Positions 18,590 to 26,845 of a stretch of 64,000 nt of DNA are shown in pieces. The DNA lies in contig JAYRIM010000014.1 of assembly GCA_041906785.1 (NCBI GenBank), positions 3,215 through 67,214 on the forward strand, in the 5' to 3' direction. The notes beneath the pieces were generated by a model. That model saw only the letters and a program-made list of their open reading frames with translations. It was not told the DNA's origin and did no database searches. The position numbers were made by a program, and so were the translations under genes. The stretch's first letter is position 1, and the number at the start of each line of letters is the position of its first letter. This stretch comes from Candidatus Levyibacteriota bacterium (GTDB lineage Bacteria; Patescibacteriota; Microgenomatia; Levybacterales; UBA12049).

Positions 18590-19114
18590 CTATTTATCTG
18601 GGATAAATTTGAGTGCTATAGAATTCATGCAATACCGTTTTCCTGTCGGCGTAGGACCATCATCAAAAACATGACCTAGATGATTACCGCATTTGTCGAG
18701 TACTTCAATTCTTGTTAAGCCCAGTGTCGTATCTTCACGCAGAACCAACGCGTCTTCTGTAATAGGTGCCCAGAAACTCGGCCAGCCAGTTCCAGAATCA
18801 AATTTCTGTTCAGAGCGGAAAACTGGTTCATTACAGCCAACACTATAATATGTCCCTTTTCTTTTTTCATGATTTAATTCTCCAGTAAAAGGAATTTCAG
18901 TTCCTTGCTCCCGAAGAATATGATATTGTTCTGGAGTTAATAGCTTCTTCCATTCTTCATCAGTTTTTATTTTCGTTTTATCGAAAGAGCCAGAGATTAT
19001 TTTTCCTTCTTGTATTGATGAATCTGAGATTGTTTGCTTATCTTTTTTTATGAATATAAAAGATAGAATAGAAAGTATACAGATAAAACCTACTAGAAGT
19101 AATTTTTTATTCAT
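18590..19114 (-). CDS. msrB: MsrB, exported/membrane-anchored copy
   Basis: N-terminal TM/signal MNKKLLLVGFICILSILSFIF, then GCNEPVF...GWPSF...RIEVLDKCGNHLGHVF. Confidence 0.8.
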   Translation of the reverse strand: MNKKLLLVGFICILSILSFIFIKKDKQTISDSSIQEGKIISGSFDKTKIKTDEEWKKLLTPEQYHILREQGTEIPFTGELNHEKRKGTYYSVGCNEPVFRSEQKFDSGTGWPSFWAPITEDALVLREDTTLGLTRIEVLDKCGNHLGHVFDDGPTPTGKRYCMNSIALKFIPDK

Positions 19115-19937
19115 ATAGTAATAGTTTAAGTTTACTTATTTAAAGAGAATTATACCTCTCCGCTTCAGATTTGCAATTAGTTTTGGATAAATCTGAAGCT
19201 ACGGGTATAATACGCTATTTGTAAATCTAAGTAAAAGGAGTATAGTCAAAACTTTATTGCTACTCTCTTTAGATTTATTTATAATCCAATTGCTGAAAAG
19301 AATAACGGAGAATGTTTGCATTCTTAATCGTTGTTTGATCGGCATTACCTTACTTGTAAACTATTCGAGAAGTGAAGGGGAGAGAGAGGAGAGATATGAT
19401 TTCTTTTCTCTTTCCCTCACTTCTCACTCGGGGAAGTGAGTATAAGAAAGAGGACTTCCGATGGCACGTACGAAGCTTCAACTCACTGATGAGCAGCTTT
19501 GGGCTCTGCGCTTCTGGTTTCCAGAAGCTAAAGACAAACGTGAGATGCAGGTTTTAAGGGTTACAAGATCCAGACGGAAGAATACCGAGCAGACACATCT
19601 GAGAGTAGTGATGGCGAAGCCAGAAGGAGTAATACTCTATCTGAATACTTTAACATTAGCTGTCTCTGAAGTGCCAGCATGACTCTATCGCGAGTAAGGA
19701 TAGGCACCCGTCCCCGGGTGCCTTCGTCGTTTTCTACCTTTTTCCTCTTGCATCTCCGATATATAATACGCCTAAGGTAAATCCATTATCATTCGTCAAA
19801 GTCTGGGACGAGGGCGTTCCAGATCGAAGACGAAAGATCTTTGACAAGGAAGGAGAGATATCCCCACAACCACACAATTGAATACGCTTCTATCAACTGA
19901 GTAAGTCGTTAACTTAGTCCAACAGGAGAGGACACTA

Positions 19938-20648
19938 ATGTCTACTATAACTGTCGAGCACGGCACACAGGAACTCCATATCTATCGGTTTGGAACGCAG
20001 GGCAAAGCGAAGCCTGTCCAGCAGTACTTTCCCGTTGAAGCAGAAACGGAGTTGAGACTTCATACTGGTCCCGGTACCGCTCGGACAGCTACGTTCAGTC
20101 TCACACCAGAGGCTGACTTTGCGAGATTGGTACTCAAGAAACGTATCGGTCGCACACCCGTGGCCGAAAGGAAAGTTCAAAAGGAGGAACTGGATGCAGG
20201 GGTAACGTCAGTAACAGTGAGGTTTGAAACTCAGCCGACTGAGAGAGGGCAAGTAGCTCAACCGATCACTAGCGTCAGATCAGTTCCTAAGAAGGGGGAC
20301 CCCTTCAGATTGGTCAGCATTCGAACACTCGCCGGCCTGCTTCAAAGAGCAGATGTTGATGGGGGTGAATATCGGGAAGTACAGGTTATTGACCTCGTGG
20401 CGCGGAACGTTGATGCCGAAGAGGATGACAGCATTGAGGCACAAGTGCGTCGTTTTGCCGAAGCAGGCGGAAGCCTGGCAGAACTAGCGCGCCGTGTAGT
20501 TCGGTATGCCACGCGGGGTCGCTCGGTTGACTCAGCGACCTTTGAGACAGAAGTAGGTGCCTTCGAAAAAACACTCACAGCTATGGTGGCACCAGAACAG
20601 CCGTCACTCGTCAAATCAGTACTGCGGCGCTTCAAGATTGGCAAGTAG
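19938..20648 (+). CDS. hypothetical protein encoded on a GC-rich segment
   Basis: 236-aa ORF, GC-rich codon usage unlike neighbours, no recognisable motif. Confidence 0.4.
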   Translation: MSTITVEHGTQELHIYRFGTQGKAKPVQQYFPVEAETELRLHTGPGTARTATFSLTPEADFARLVLKKRIGRTPVAERKVQKEELDAGVTSVTVRFETQPTERGQVAQPITSVRSVPKKGDPFRLVSIRTLAGLLQRADVDGGEYREVQVIDLVARNVDAEEDDSIEAQVRRFAEAGGSLAELARRVVRYATRGRSVDSATFETEVGAFEKTLTAMVAPEQPSLVKSVLRRFKIGK

Positions 20649-20716
20649 TCAGTGACCGGGGTTTGGGACTGTTGATTCATGATGTGGGTGGGAGATAGAA
20701 CTCCTTCTTTTTCTTA

Positions 20717-20812
20717 CCTACACTCATGAATCTTTGTGATTATACGCGCTAAACTACGCAGAACTATACGCGTAAATACGCTGAATCAATCACAGAGATT
20801 CTGAGTGTAGGG
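20717..20812. repeat. ~25-bp imperfect inverted repeat flanking TACGCG direct repeats, at the edge of GC-rich segment 2
   Basis: CCTACACTCATGAATCTTTGTGATT ... AATCACAGAGATTCTGAGTGTAGG; centre atacgcgctaaactacgcagaactatacgcgtaaatacgctg. Confidence 0.45.
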
Positions 20813-20833
20813 ACATACTTTACCCTACGGAAA

Positions 20834-20888
20834 CCTGTTGGCTGAACATATGCGTTCATAACCAGCAGGTTTTTTTGTTTTTTTTCAC
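20834..20888 (+). terminator. hairpin + long T-tract at the right edge of GC-rich segment 2
   Basis: CCTGTTGGCTGAAC...GTTCATAACCAGCAGG + TTTTTTTGTTTTTTTT. Confidence 0.45.
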
Positions 20889-21066
20889 ATCAATAGATAC
20901 GTCCTTAGTGTTTTTTGTTTTACTTTGCTATAATTTACAGTAGAGTTATATACTAATTTCTACGAATTATATCCAAATTAATCCAAATAATTGTTTTATT
21001 CGTAATAATTAGGATTAAATAATCTTTTTTATTCGGATCAATTTGTAGGGAGAGGTGGTGATAAGA

Positions 21067-21489
21067 ATGAATGTTGAAGTAAATTTTCTCGCAGTTCTTC
21101 TCGCAGCTGTTGCTTCTATGGCACTTGGTTTTCTATGGTATAGTCCGACAATGTTCGGAAAACCCTGGATGAAACTCATGGGTTTGACAAATGAAAGTTT
21201 AAAAAAAGCGCAAAAAGAAATGGGAAAACTGTACGGTGTTAGTTTCGTCCTCGCTCTCGTCACTGCATATGTTTTATCACATGTCATGACATTATCTGGA
21301 AATTTTTATAACTATACGAGAGTGATGACTGGACTAACGACTGCTTTCTGGATGTGGCTCGGTTTTATCATGCCAGTTCAGCTTACTGACCAGATCTTCG
21401 GCGCAAAAAAGTGGAAACTGTTCGGGATAAATACAGGATACCAACTTGCATCATTAGTCGTGATGGCAGTAGTGCTGGGGTTTTTATAA
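21067..21489 (+). CDS. DUF1761-like small membrane protein
   Basis: MNVEVNFLAVLLAAVASMALGFLWYSP... pattern, 4 TM helices; ATG 21067 after RBS ggagaggtgg. Confidence 0.45.
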   Translation: MNVEVNFLAVLLAAVASMALGFLWYSPTMFGKPWMKLMGLTNESLKKAQKEMGKLYGVSFVLALVTAYVLSHVMTLSGNFYNYTRVMTGLTTAFWMWLGFIMPVQLTDQIFGAKKWKLFGINTGYQLASLVVMAVVLGFL

Positions 21490-21674
21490 TCAGTTAGTTT
21501 TTACTTCTTTTAAACTTATTCTGTTATAACAGAATTTATTTTAGTGGGATTTTAAGTCTCCAATTTCGAGTTTCCAGTTTCCATTTAGTAACGATTTATC
21601 AATTTATTATGAAAATAATTGGAAAATGGAAATTGGCAATTCGAAAATTTAATTACGTGCTATACTAGGCGCGT

Positions 21675-21932
21675 ATGCATGACACCTATATCTCTGCAAG
21701 TGAACTAGCTGAATATGTGTATTGCCAGTGCTGCTGGATGGATAAACTTGAAGGCTTACAGAAAGAAACTCTAGAAATGGAGAAAGGAAAAAGTGCACAT
21801 GATTCTATCTACCGCTGGGTATTTCTTTTCCTTCGAGCTCGATTAGCTATCATTTTTCTCATATTAGTTAGTGCCATTATTTTCTTAGCACAATTTATTT
21901 TAGTATTTATCTATCATACAAGCCTATGGTAA
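21675..21932 (+). CDS. Cas4-like nuclease N-terminal fragment (Cys motif) fused to a hydrophobic segment
   Basis: ISASELAEYVYCQCCW resembles the Cas4/DUF83 N-terminus; overlaps the next ORF by 7 nt in another frame. Confidence 0.4.
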   Translation: MHDTYISASELAEYVYCQCCWMDKLEGLQKETLEMEKGKSAHDSIYRWVFLFLRARLAIIFLILVSAIIFLAQFILVFIYHTSLW

Positions 21933-22414
21933 TACTTATAGTTTTTTTCATATTATTTATCCTGGGAATTAGTGCACTTTTTACTATTACTTTCGCAAGG
22001 AGAAATTTCCTTCCTGAAGGAGAAATCATGTATGCTGACTCATCAGCCAAACCTGCTGGCATTCTGCATTCGACTACCATTCCTATAATGGGAAGACCAG
22101 ACTATGTGTTAAAGAAAGATGAATTTTATATTCCAGTAGAAGTGAAAACGGGGAAGACTCCGAAAACACCATACCCGAATCACGTCGCACAGCTATATGC
22201 ATATTGTTTTCTCGTCGAAGAACGATATCATGTTCGTCCGCCATATGGCGTTATCCGGGACCCTGAGAAAGAATTTATGCTGGCATTTCCTGAGCAGACT
22301 GAGAATTACTTAATTCACACGGTTAATGAGATTATAGAAAAGAAAAAAGGAGAATTGTCGAGAAAAGAATTAAAAAGGATGTGTAAGGAATGTAGGGAAC
22401 ATATAAAAGAATAA
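21926..22414 (+). CDS. Cas4/RecB-like PD-(D/E)XK nuclease core with N-terminal TM helix
   Basis: GRPDYV...IPVEVKTGK (D...EVK), QLYAYCFLVEE (QxxxY), C-terminal CKEC. Confidence 0.55.
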   Translation: MVILIVFFILFILGISALFTITFARRNFLPEGEIMYADSSAKPAGILHSTTIPIMGRPDYVLKKDEFYIPVEVKTGKTPKTPYPNHVAQLYAYCFLVEERYHVRPPYGVIRDPEKEFMLAFPEQTENYLIHTVNEIIEKKKGELSRKELKRMCKECREHIKE

Positions 22415-22453
22415 TTTTTCTTCTTACTTTTGTTGGCAAAAGTAACAAAACCA

Positions 22454-22536
22454 GTGAGCTAGTGAGAAAATGAGCTAAAATTGTTTCATTCTGACACTCA
22501 TTCAACAATTTCTTCACGCATTTTCTCAACGCTCAC
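22454..22536. repeat. MITE-like element, family 1, copy B (83 nt)
   Basis: Same ~19-bp terminal inverted repeats and internal sequence as 976-1116. Confidence 0.6.
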
Positions 22537-22676
22537 AGATATAATTGTTTTTGTAATAGTCCTGTAGTATAATCCTCTGGCTTATCTGTATCTTATAGAT
22601 TTTATCTAAAAAGATTGCTTTTAAGCGCACTTTTACAAGCTAGTGCGTATTACGTGGCCGTTAGGAATATAGTTAT

Positions 22677-22702
22677 GAGTTGTCAGTTGTCGGCTGTCAG
22701 TT
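22677..22702. repeat. CAGTTnTC(A/G)G decamer-family repeat, short intergenic copy
   Basis: GAGTTGTCAGTTGTCGGCTGTCAGTT. Confidence 0.5.
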
Positions 22703-22709
22703 AAGACAA

Positions 22710-23700
22710 TTTGCTCATTACTATATTGCTAGCGGTCACTAGCACTTCTCATATCAGAACAAGACTCGAAACACAGGAGTTACTACTATGCGAGATCCAG
22801 AGCGTGATCCATTCGAAATCGTTGATAAGACGCTTGCGTTTGCTCAACGAATCATATCAGCGTCCGGCCAGAAAGGGTTGTTCACGACAGTGCTTGTCGT
22901 AGATCCTCGGGGCCGAGAACTGGTCGGTAAGAAAGCATGGGCGGGTAGCCCACCCACAGATCCGAAGCCGCGTCCACCGCACATCGGCCCGGCCAAGTTG
23001 GCGGAGATTCTGCTATATGGCGACCTTGACTTGCCGCTAGAGATGAGTCCTATAAGTGGGTTACTGTCAACCGGCTTCATGGGCGGTGTTCGACGACTCG
23101 TCCATGACTACCTCGTGGACATCCACTTTCTCACATCGTGCAGTGGGTGGTCGCAGGAGAGCGACGCGATGATGGCGCTCCTTCTCAACTACTGCATGAC
23201 ATACCCGATCCAACTGCACCACGTAGGATTTGGGTACAAGACAGAGGAGGATGCGCGGGCCGCTATCGAGGCCGACGAGAGGTACTACGGTGTCACGGGT
23301 CTCTATCATCCCGTGGATGACCATCACCGGGTTTACATTCTCACACCCGCTGGTCATTATCGCGAACACCAGTGGGGCGAGGACGTTAAGCCTGGCAACG
23401 TCCACTGGGACTTTTGGACACCAGACATCTCGCCTGAGTTCGTTATCAACTTCATTGCCCGGCAATTGGGGAGGCGTGTCCTGGAGACCAACATGTGGGA
23501 CCACTCTCCCAATTCGCCTGTTGGCGTCGTATGGACAGACAACGACGGGAGACCCTTCGGCGTGATGACCAGGAAAGAGTGGTGGAACGTTTCCACCGCG
23601 TAAGTATCAACCTGAGAAGTGTGACCGCACTAGCTTGCGGGATGGGGCGAGTTTAGGTGTAACAGCCTAGCTCGTCCCTCCCAACAGCTAAACTATAGAG
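22710..23700. other. GC-rich segment 3 (putative acquired cassette)
   Basis: Elevated GC over the 271-aa ORF; a family-1 MITE and decamer repeats lie at its left edge. Confidence 0.45.
22788..23603 (+). CDS. hypothetical protein encoded on a GC-rich segment
   Basis: 271-aa ORF with GC-rich codon usage, no recognisable motif. Confidence 0.4.
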   Translation: MRDPERDPFEIVDKTLAFAQRIISASGQKGLFTTVLVVDPRGRELVGKKAWAGSPPTDPKPRPPHIGPAKLAEILLYGDLDLPLEMSPISGLLSTGFMGGVRRLVHDYLVDIHFLTSCSGWSQESDAMMALLLNYCMTYPIQLHHVGFGYKTEEDARAAIEADERYYGVTGLYHPVDDHHRVYILTPAGHYREHQWGEDVKPGNVHWDFWTPDISPEFVINFIARQLGRRVLETNMWDHSPNSPVGVVWTDNDGRPFGVMTRKEWWNVSTA

Positions 23701-23715
23701 TGAAATAATGTGAAT

Positions 23716-24777
23716 TTACTTCTTCTCGCCCTCTTCATTTTTATGGAGTTCTCCATCTTCACGAAGAAATTTTATAATACTTGGAATACTGGCAGCAGTC
23801 GGAAGTGCTAGGAATGCGCCAATAACGCCGAATAACGATGCGCCGATAATAAGTGCTATAAATCCGAGAGCTGGAGATATGTGTAACGCTTTATTATAAA
23901 TAGTCGGCGCGAGAATTCCCCCTTCGATTTGTTGATAAATCAGATAGAGTAACGCTATTAATAGAGCAGTAAACGGTGAAATACTTAACCCAATTAAAAT
24001 TGCAGGAATCATCGCGAGTGTTAATCCCACAAGCGGAAATAAATCGAGGAGTGCAGTGAAAATAGCTAAAGGTGCTGCGAAGGGAATATTCATAAGCGTT
24101 AGTCCGATAAAGATAGTTAAACCGCAAAATGTTGAAATAAATAATCCACCTCGAACATATTGTCCATTCACATGAGCGAGTTCATGGAGTAATCGTGCGA
24201 TTCGTTTTTGTCGCGGGCTGGGAAGAACAGAGAGAAACATCTCTACTAATCGTTTTCCATCCAGAAGGAAATAAAATGTTAAGAAAAATAATGTTAGTAA
24301 AGAAGTAAAAATACTTGTAATAAATGTTGTCGATAATAAAACGTAACTGGCTGCATTTTCGGCATACTGTGAAAGATCTACTTTTCTCGCTGCAGGTGGA
24401 ATAATAGGAGACTTATTTAATAACCCATCAATAGTTGTTAATACATCCGGGAGTTGATTAATAAAACTCGGAATAATTGTAAGACCAAGAATAATAAAAG
24501 GAATAAGCAGTAGACAAACCACAAGCATCGCTGAAATGATCATGGGAAGATGTTTATCCAGTTTTTTAGCCAAAGGATAGAGTGCAGTTGAAAGCATCGC
24601 CGAAATCAGAATTAGAATGAGTATCGGTAATGCTTTCCATACGAAAAGAAGAATTAACCCGGCAGTGATAATGCGTCCAAGTGCATTCCAACTAAAAGGG
24701 TGTTCGTATTTCTGCATATAAATATTGTACGGTATAAATCTATGTGTTACAACACATCTTGCAAAACGTATTCTCAT
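23716..24777 (-). CDS. AI-2E family transporter (PerM/UPF0118)
   Basis: 8 TM helices with the characteristic AI-2E pattern; true start may be the internal Met (MQKYEH, ~24717). Confidence 0.75.
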   Translation of the reverse strand: MRIRFARCVVTHRFIPYNIYMQKYEHPFSWNALGRIITAGLILLFVWKALPILILILISAMLSTALYPLAKKLDKHLPMIISAMLVVCLLLIPFIILGLTIIPSFINQLPDVLTTIDGLLNKSPIIPPAARKVDLSQYAENAASYVLLSTTFITSIFTSLLTLFFLTFYFLLDGKRLVEMFLSVLPSPRQKRIARLLHELAHVNGQYVRGGLFISTFCGLTIFIGLTLMNIPFAAPLAIFTALLDLFPLVGLTLAMIPAILIGLSISPFTALLIALLYLIYQQIEGGILAPTIYNKALHISPALGFIALIIGASLFGVIGAFLALPTAASIPSIIKFLREDGELHKNEEGEKK

Positions 24778-24826
24778 CCTTCTATAGTAAAGATAGATGA
24801 GTAAATTCGGTCAAACAATATATTCT

Positions 24827-24882
24827 GGGTGACCGAAGACCGCCTTCGTTGAAATTTCGGCGGTCGAGGGAGGTGAGGAGAA
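24827..24882 (+). promoter_or_regulatory. conserved 5'-leader hairpin/anti-RBS element, copy 2
   Basis: GACCGAAGACCGCCTTCGTTGAAATTTCGGCGGTCGAGGGAGGTGA immediately precedes GTG 24883. Confidence 0.5.
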
Positions 24883-25125
24883 GTGGAAGAACAGAGCGTG
24901 CAAAGCAATACTGCGGTTACATCGAAAAGCAATTCTAATCTAGGTTTATTTATTGTTGTTTTTCTGGCAGTCGTGGCTGGGTTTGTGGGAGGTTTTTTCG
25001 TTGCTAGAGACCGCTACATTATGCGAATAGGTGAGATCAGTAGAATGCATATGGAGAAAGCTGTAGCTGTAGATTCATTACGACAGGAACTCCGTGTCTT
25101 AGGAGCAAGTACAAAGGCTAAATAG
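24883..25125 (+). CDS. small membrane protein (GTG start)
   Basis: GTG start after a GAGGGAGGTGAGG RBS; single TM helix; conserved 5' leader shared with 15957 gene. Confidence 0.4.
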   Translation: MEEQSVQSNTAVTSKSNSNLGLFIVVFLAVVAGFVGGFFVARDRYIMRIGEISRMHMEKAVAVDSLRQELRVLGASTKAK

Positions 25126-25196
25126 TCTTATTGCAATTAAGACACAGCTGTACTGTTTCGTCTTTCCTTGCTTCAAAAGATTAGCTTTGCTATCAT

Positions 25197-26132
25197 TTGC
25201 GAATGGCAGAGCGATTATCATATTATTCTTGGAGTGTTAGTTCGGCAAGTAATCCTTCAAATATAGAAACAACGTTTGCTGTTGCAAGGCAACTGTCAAA
25301 TGAAGATAGACCGTTTCATGTCCTCGTTTATCCATTTAAAGATTCTCTCGGTTTTGGGCTTCGACAAGCAGCTCAAATATATGGATATGATCCTCAACCA
25401 GTGACAGTAGCAGATACCATGAAAGCAGTAGAAAAATACGGAATACAAGTTAGCAGCGTTCATGGAGAGTTTGACTATAATGAAGCAGATAAACATGAAC
25501 AAGTTAATAGACATAGTAAGTGGTTTACACGTCAACGAGAAGATCGTGTGTGGCCACAGGTATTAGGTTATGCAGAATCAGGTCATGCCCTTGATTTCAC
25601 GTTGCGATTAAGAGATGAACAAATGAAAAGACGACAAGGAAATGATCCGATAGCACCATCAATCGGCTATCATCTGAATATCTTTGCACATATGAGCGAT
25701 GCCCTTGCAGCACGACTTGAGAAAAGCGGATTACAGCTAATGGTTGAAACGACTGGATATGTTTCTGATAGGGAAGGAACTCCACCAGAAGAATTAGCAT
25801 TGCAGTTTCTTGAAAGATTTCCAAATGGGGAAATTATTTTCGCTGCAGATCATCATCCTGAAGAGCAAAAACCAATATACGAAAATAGAGTGTTTATTGA
25901 CCGAGTAGCGATGGTGCATGTTGACCATAGTGGAGTTGCGTTAGCAGCTCAAGGAGATAAGCGTAATCGTGATCTCTATGGCCCTATTGCGCAAGGAGTT
26001 TTACTACCCGGAACTGAACTTGTTCTTGAGCATCGTAATCCTCGATTTAATAAATTATCAGTAGCGAAACAAGCAGACGAACATAGAAAAGTTATTGAAT
26101 TTTTCCGAGTACCAGAGCGTATCGCTGCATAA
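25197..26132 (+). CDS. hypothetical protein
   Basis: 311-aa ORF, no confident motif. Confidence 0.4.
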   Translation: MRMAERLSYYSWSVSSASNPSNIETTFAVARQLSNEDRPFHVLVYPFKDSLGFGLRQAAQIYGYDPQPVTVADTMKAVEKYGIQVSSVHGEFDYNEADKHEQVNRHSKWFTRQREDRVWPQVLGYAESGHALDFTLRLRDEQMKRRQGNDPIAPSIGYHLNIFAHMSDALAARLEKSGLQLMVETTGYVSDREGTPPEELALQFLERFPNGEIIFAADHHPEEQKPIYENRVFIDRVAMVHVDHSGVALAAQGDKRNRDLYGPIAQGVLLPGTELVLEHRNPRFNKLSVAKQADEHRKVIEFFRVPERIAA

Positions 26133-26201
26133 GATGGTTATTGACTTTCTATCGCTAACGTTATAACATGTTATAACCCTTCGACAAGCTCAGGGCAAGC
26201 T

Positions 26202-26450
26202 ATGAAGACAAAAATAAGAAAAATCGGAAATTCGATGGGCGTCATAATTCCTAAAGAAGTTCAGAAAGAGGCTGAATTAAAATTAGGAGACAATGTTGCT
26301 GTTTTATATTCTCCCTCAGAAAGTACAGTAGTTATTGGAAAGGAAGAAGATATGAAAGTAAAATCTCCTATCACGCCTGAATTTTATAATTGGTTAAAAA
26401 ACTTCAATAAAAAATATAAAAAAGCGCTTACTGAGCTTGCAAAAAAGTGA
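26202..26450 (+). CDS. AbrB/MazE-type antitoxin
   Basis: MKTKIRKIGNSMGVIIPKEV swapped-hairpin motif; overlaps doc by 4 nt. Confidence 0.65.
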   Translation: MKTKIRKIGNSMGVIIPKEVQKEAELKLGDNVAVLYSPSESTVVIGKEEDMKVKSPITPEFYNWLKNFNKKYKKALTELAKK

Positions 26451-26845
26451 AAATACACTATCTTACATTAGATGAAGTGCTTGCTATTCATGATAGTATG
26501 ATTGAAGAATATGGGGGTAGTTCTGGAATTCGAGATGTTGGTTTAATCCAATCTGCAATCGCAAGGCCACAAGCATCCTTCGGAGGTGAAGATCTTTATA
26601 AGAATATTTTTGACAAAGCTGCTGCTTTTTTTCATTCTTTGATGTTTAATCATGCATTTGTCGATGGGAATAAACGAACGACGATTACATCAACAGCACG
26701 ATTTTTATATAAAAATGGATATGAGCTAGCGGTCAATGAGAAAGAATTTGTTGCATTTCCTTTACGAGTAGAAAATAATCATTTAGATATAGAAGAAATT
26801 TCTGCTTGGTTGAAAAAGAATACAAAAAAATTAACAGATCTATGA
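26447..26845 (+). CDS. doc: Doc toxin (Fic/Doc family death-on-curing kinase)
   Basis: HAFVDGNKRTTI = Doc HxFx(D/N)GNKR motif. Confidence 0.8.
   Translation: MKIHYLTLDEVLAIHDSMIEEYGGSSGIRDVGLIQSAIARPQASFGGEDLYKNIFDKAAAFFHSLMFNHAFVDGNKRTTITSTARFLYKNGYELAVNEKEFVAFPLRVENNHLDIEEISAWLKKNTKKLTDL

Larger units (their letters stand above)
17810..18590. other. GC-rich segment 1 (putative horizontally acquired single-gene cassette)
   Basis: Abrupt switch to GC-rich sequence (by eye roughly 55-60% versus under 40% in the flanks); one gene plus its own terminator. Confidence 0.5.
19445..20880. other. GC-rich segment 2 (putative acquired cassette)
   Basis: Elevated GC over the 73-aa and 236-aa ORFs; bounded by a palindromic structure at 19375-19450 and the 20717-20888 inverted repeat/terminator. 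Confidence 0.45.

Noticed and set aside
17963-18679. Several alternative-frame ORFs (68, 166 and 117 aa) over GC-rich segment 1
   Set aside because: GC-rich DNA yields long stop-free frames. Only the frame with an RBS and TM-helix pattern (17868..18494) was kept. The Arg/Pro-rich products look like typical shadow ORFs.
976-22536. Possibility that the two family-1 copies are att-type direct repeats bounding a 21-kb integrated island
   Set aside because: The interval contains housekeeping-type two-component systems, msrB and ordinary metabolic genes in host-like composition. A MITE with terminal inverted repeats is the more parsimonious explanation, although this cannot be excluded without comparative genomes.
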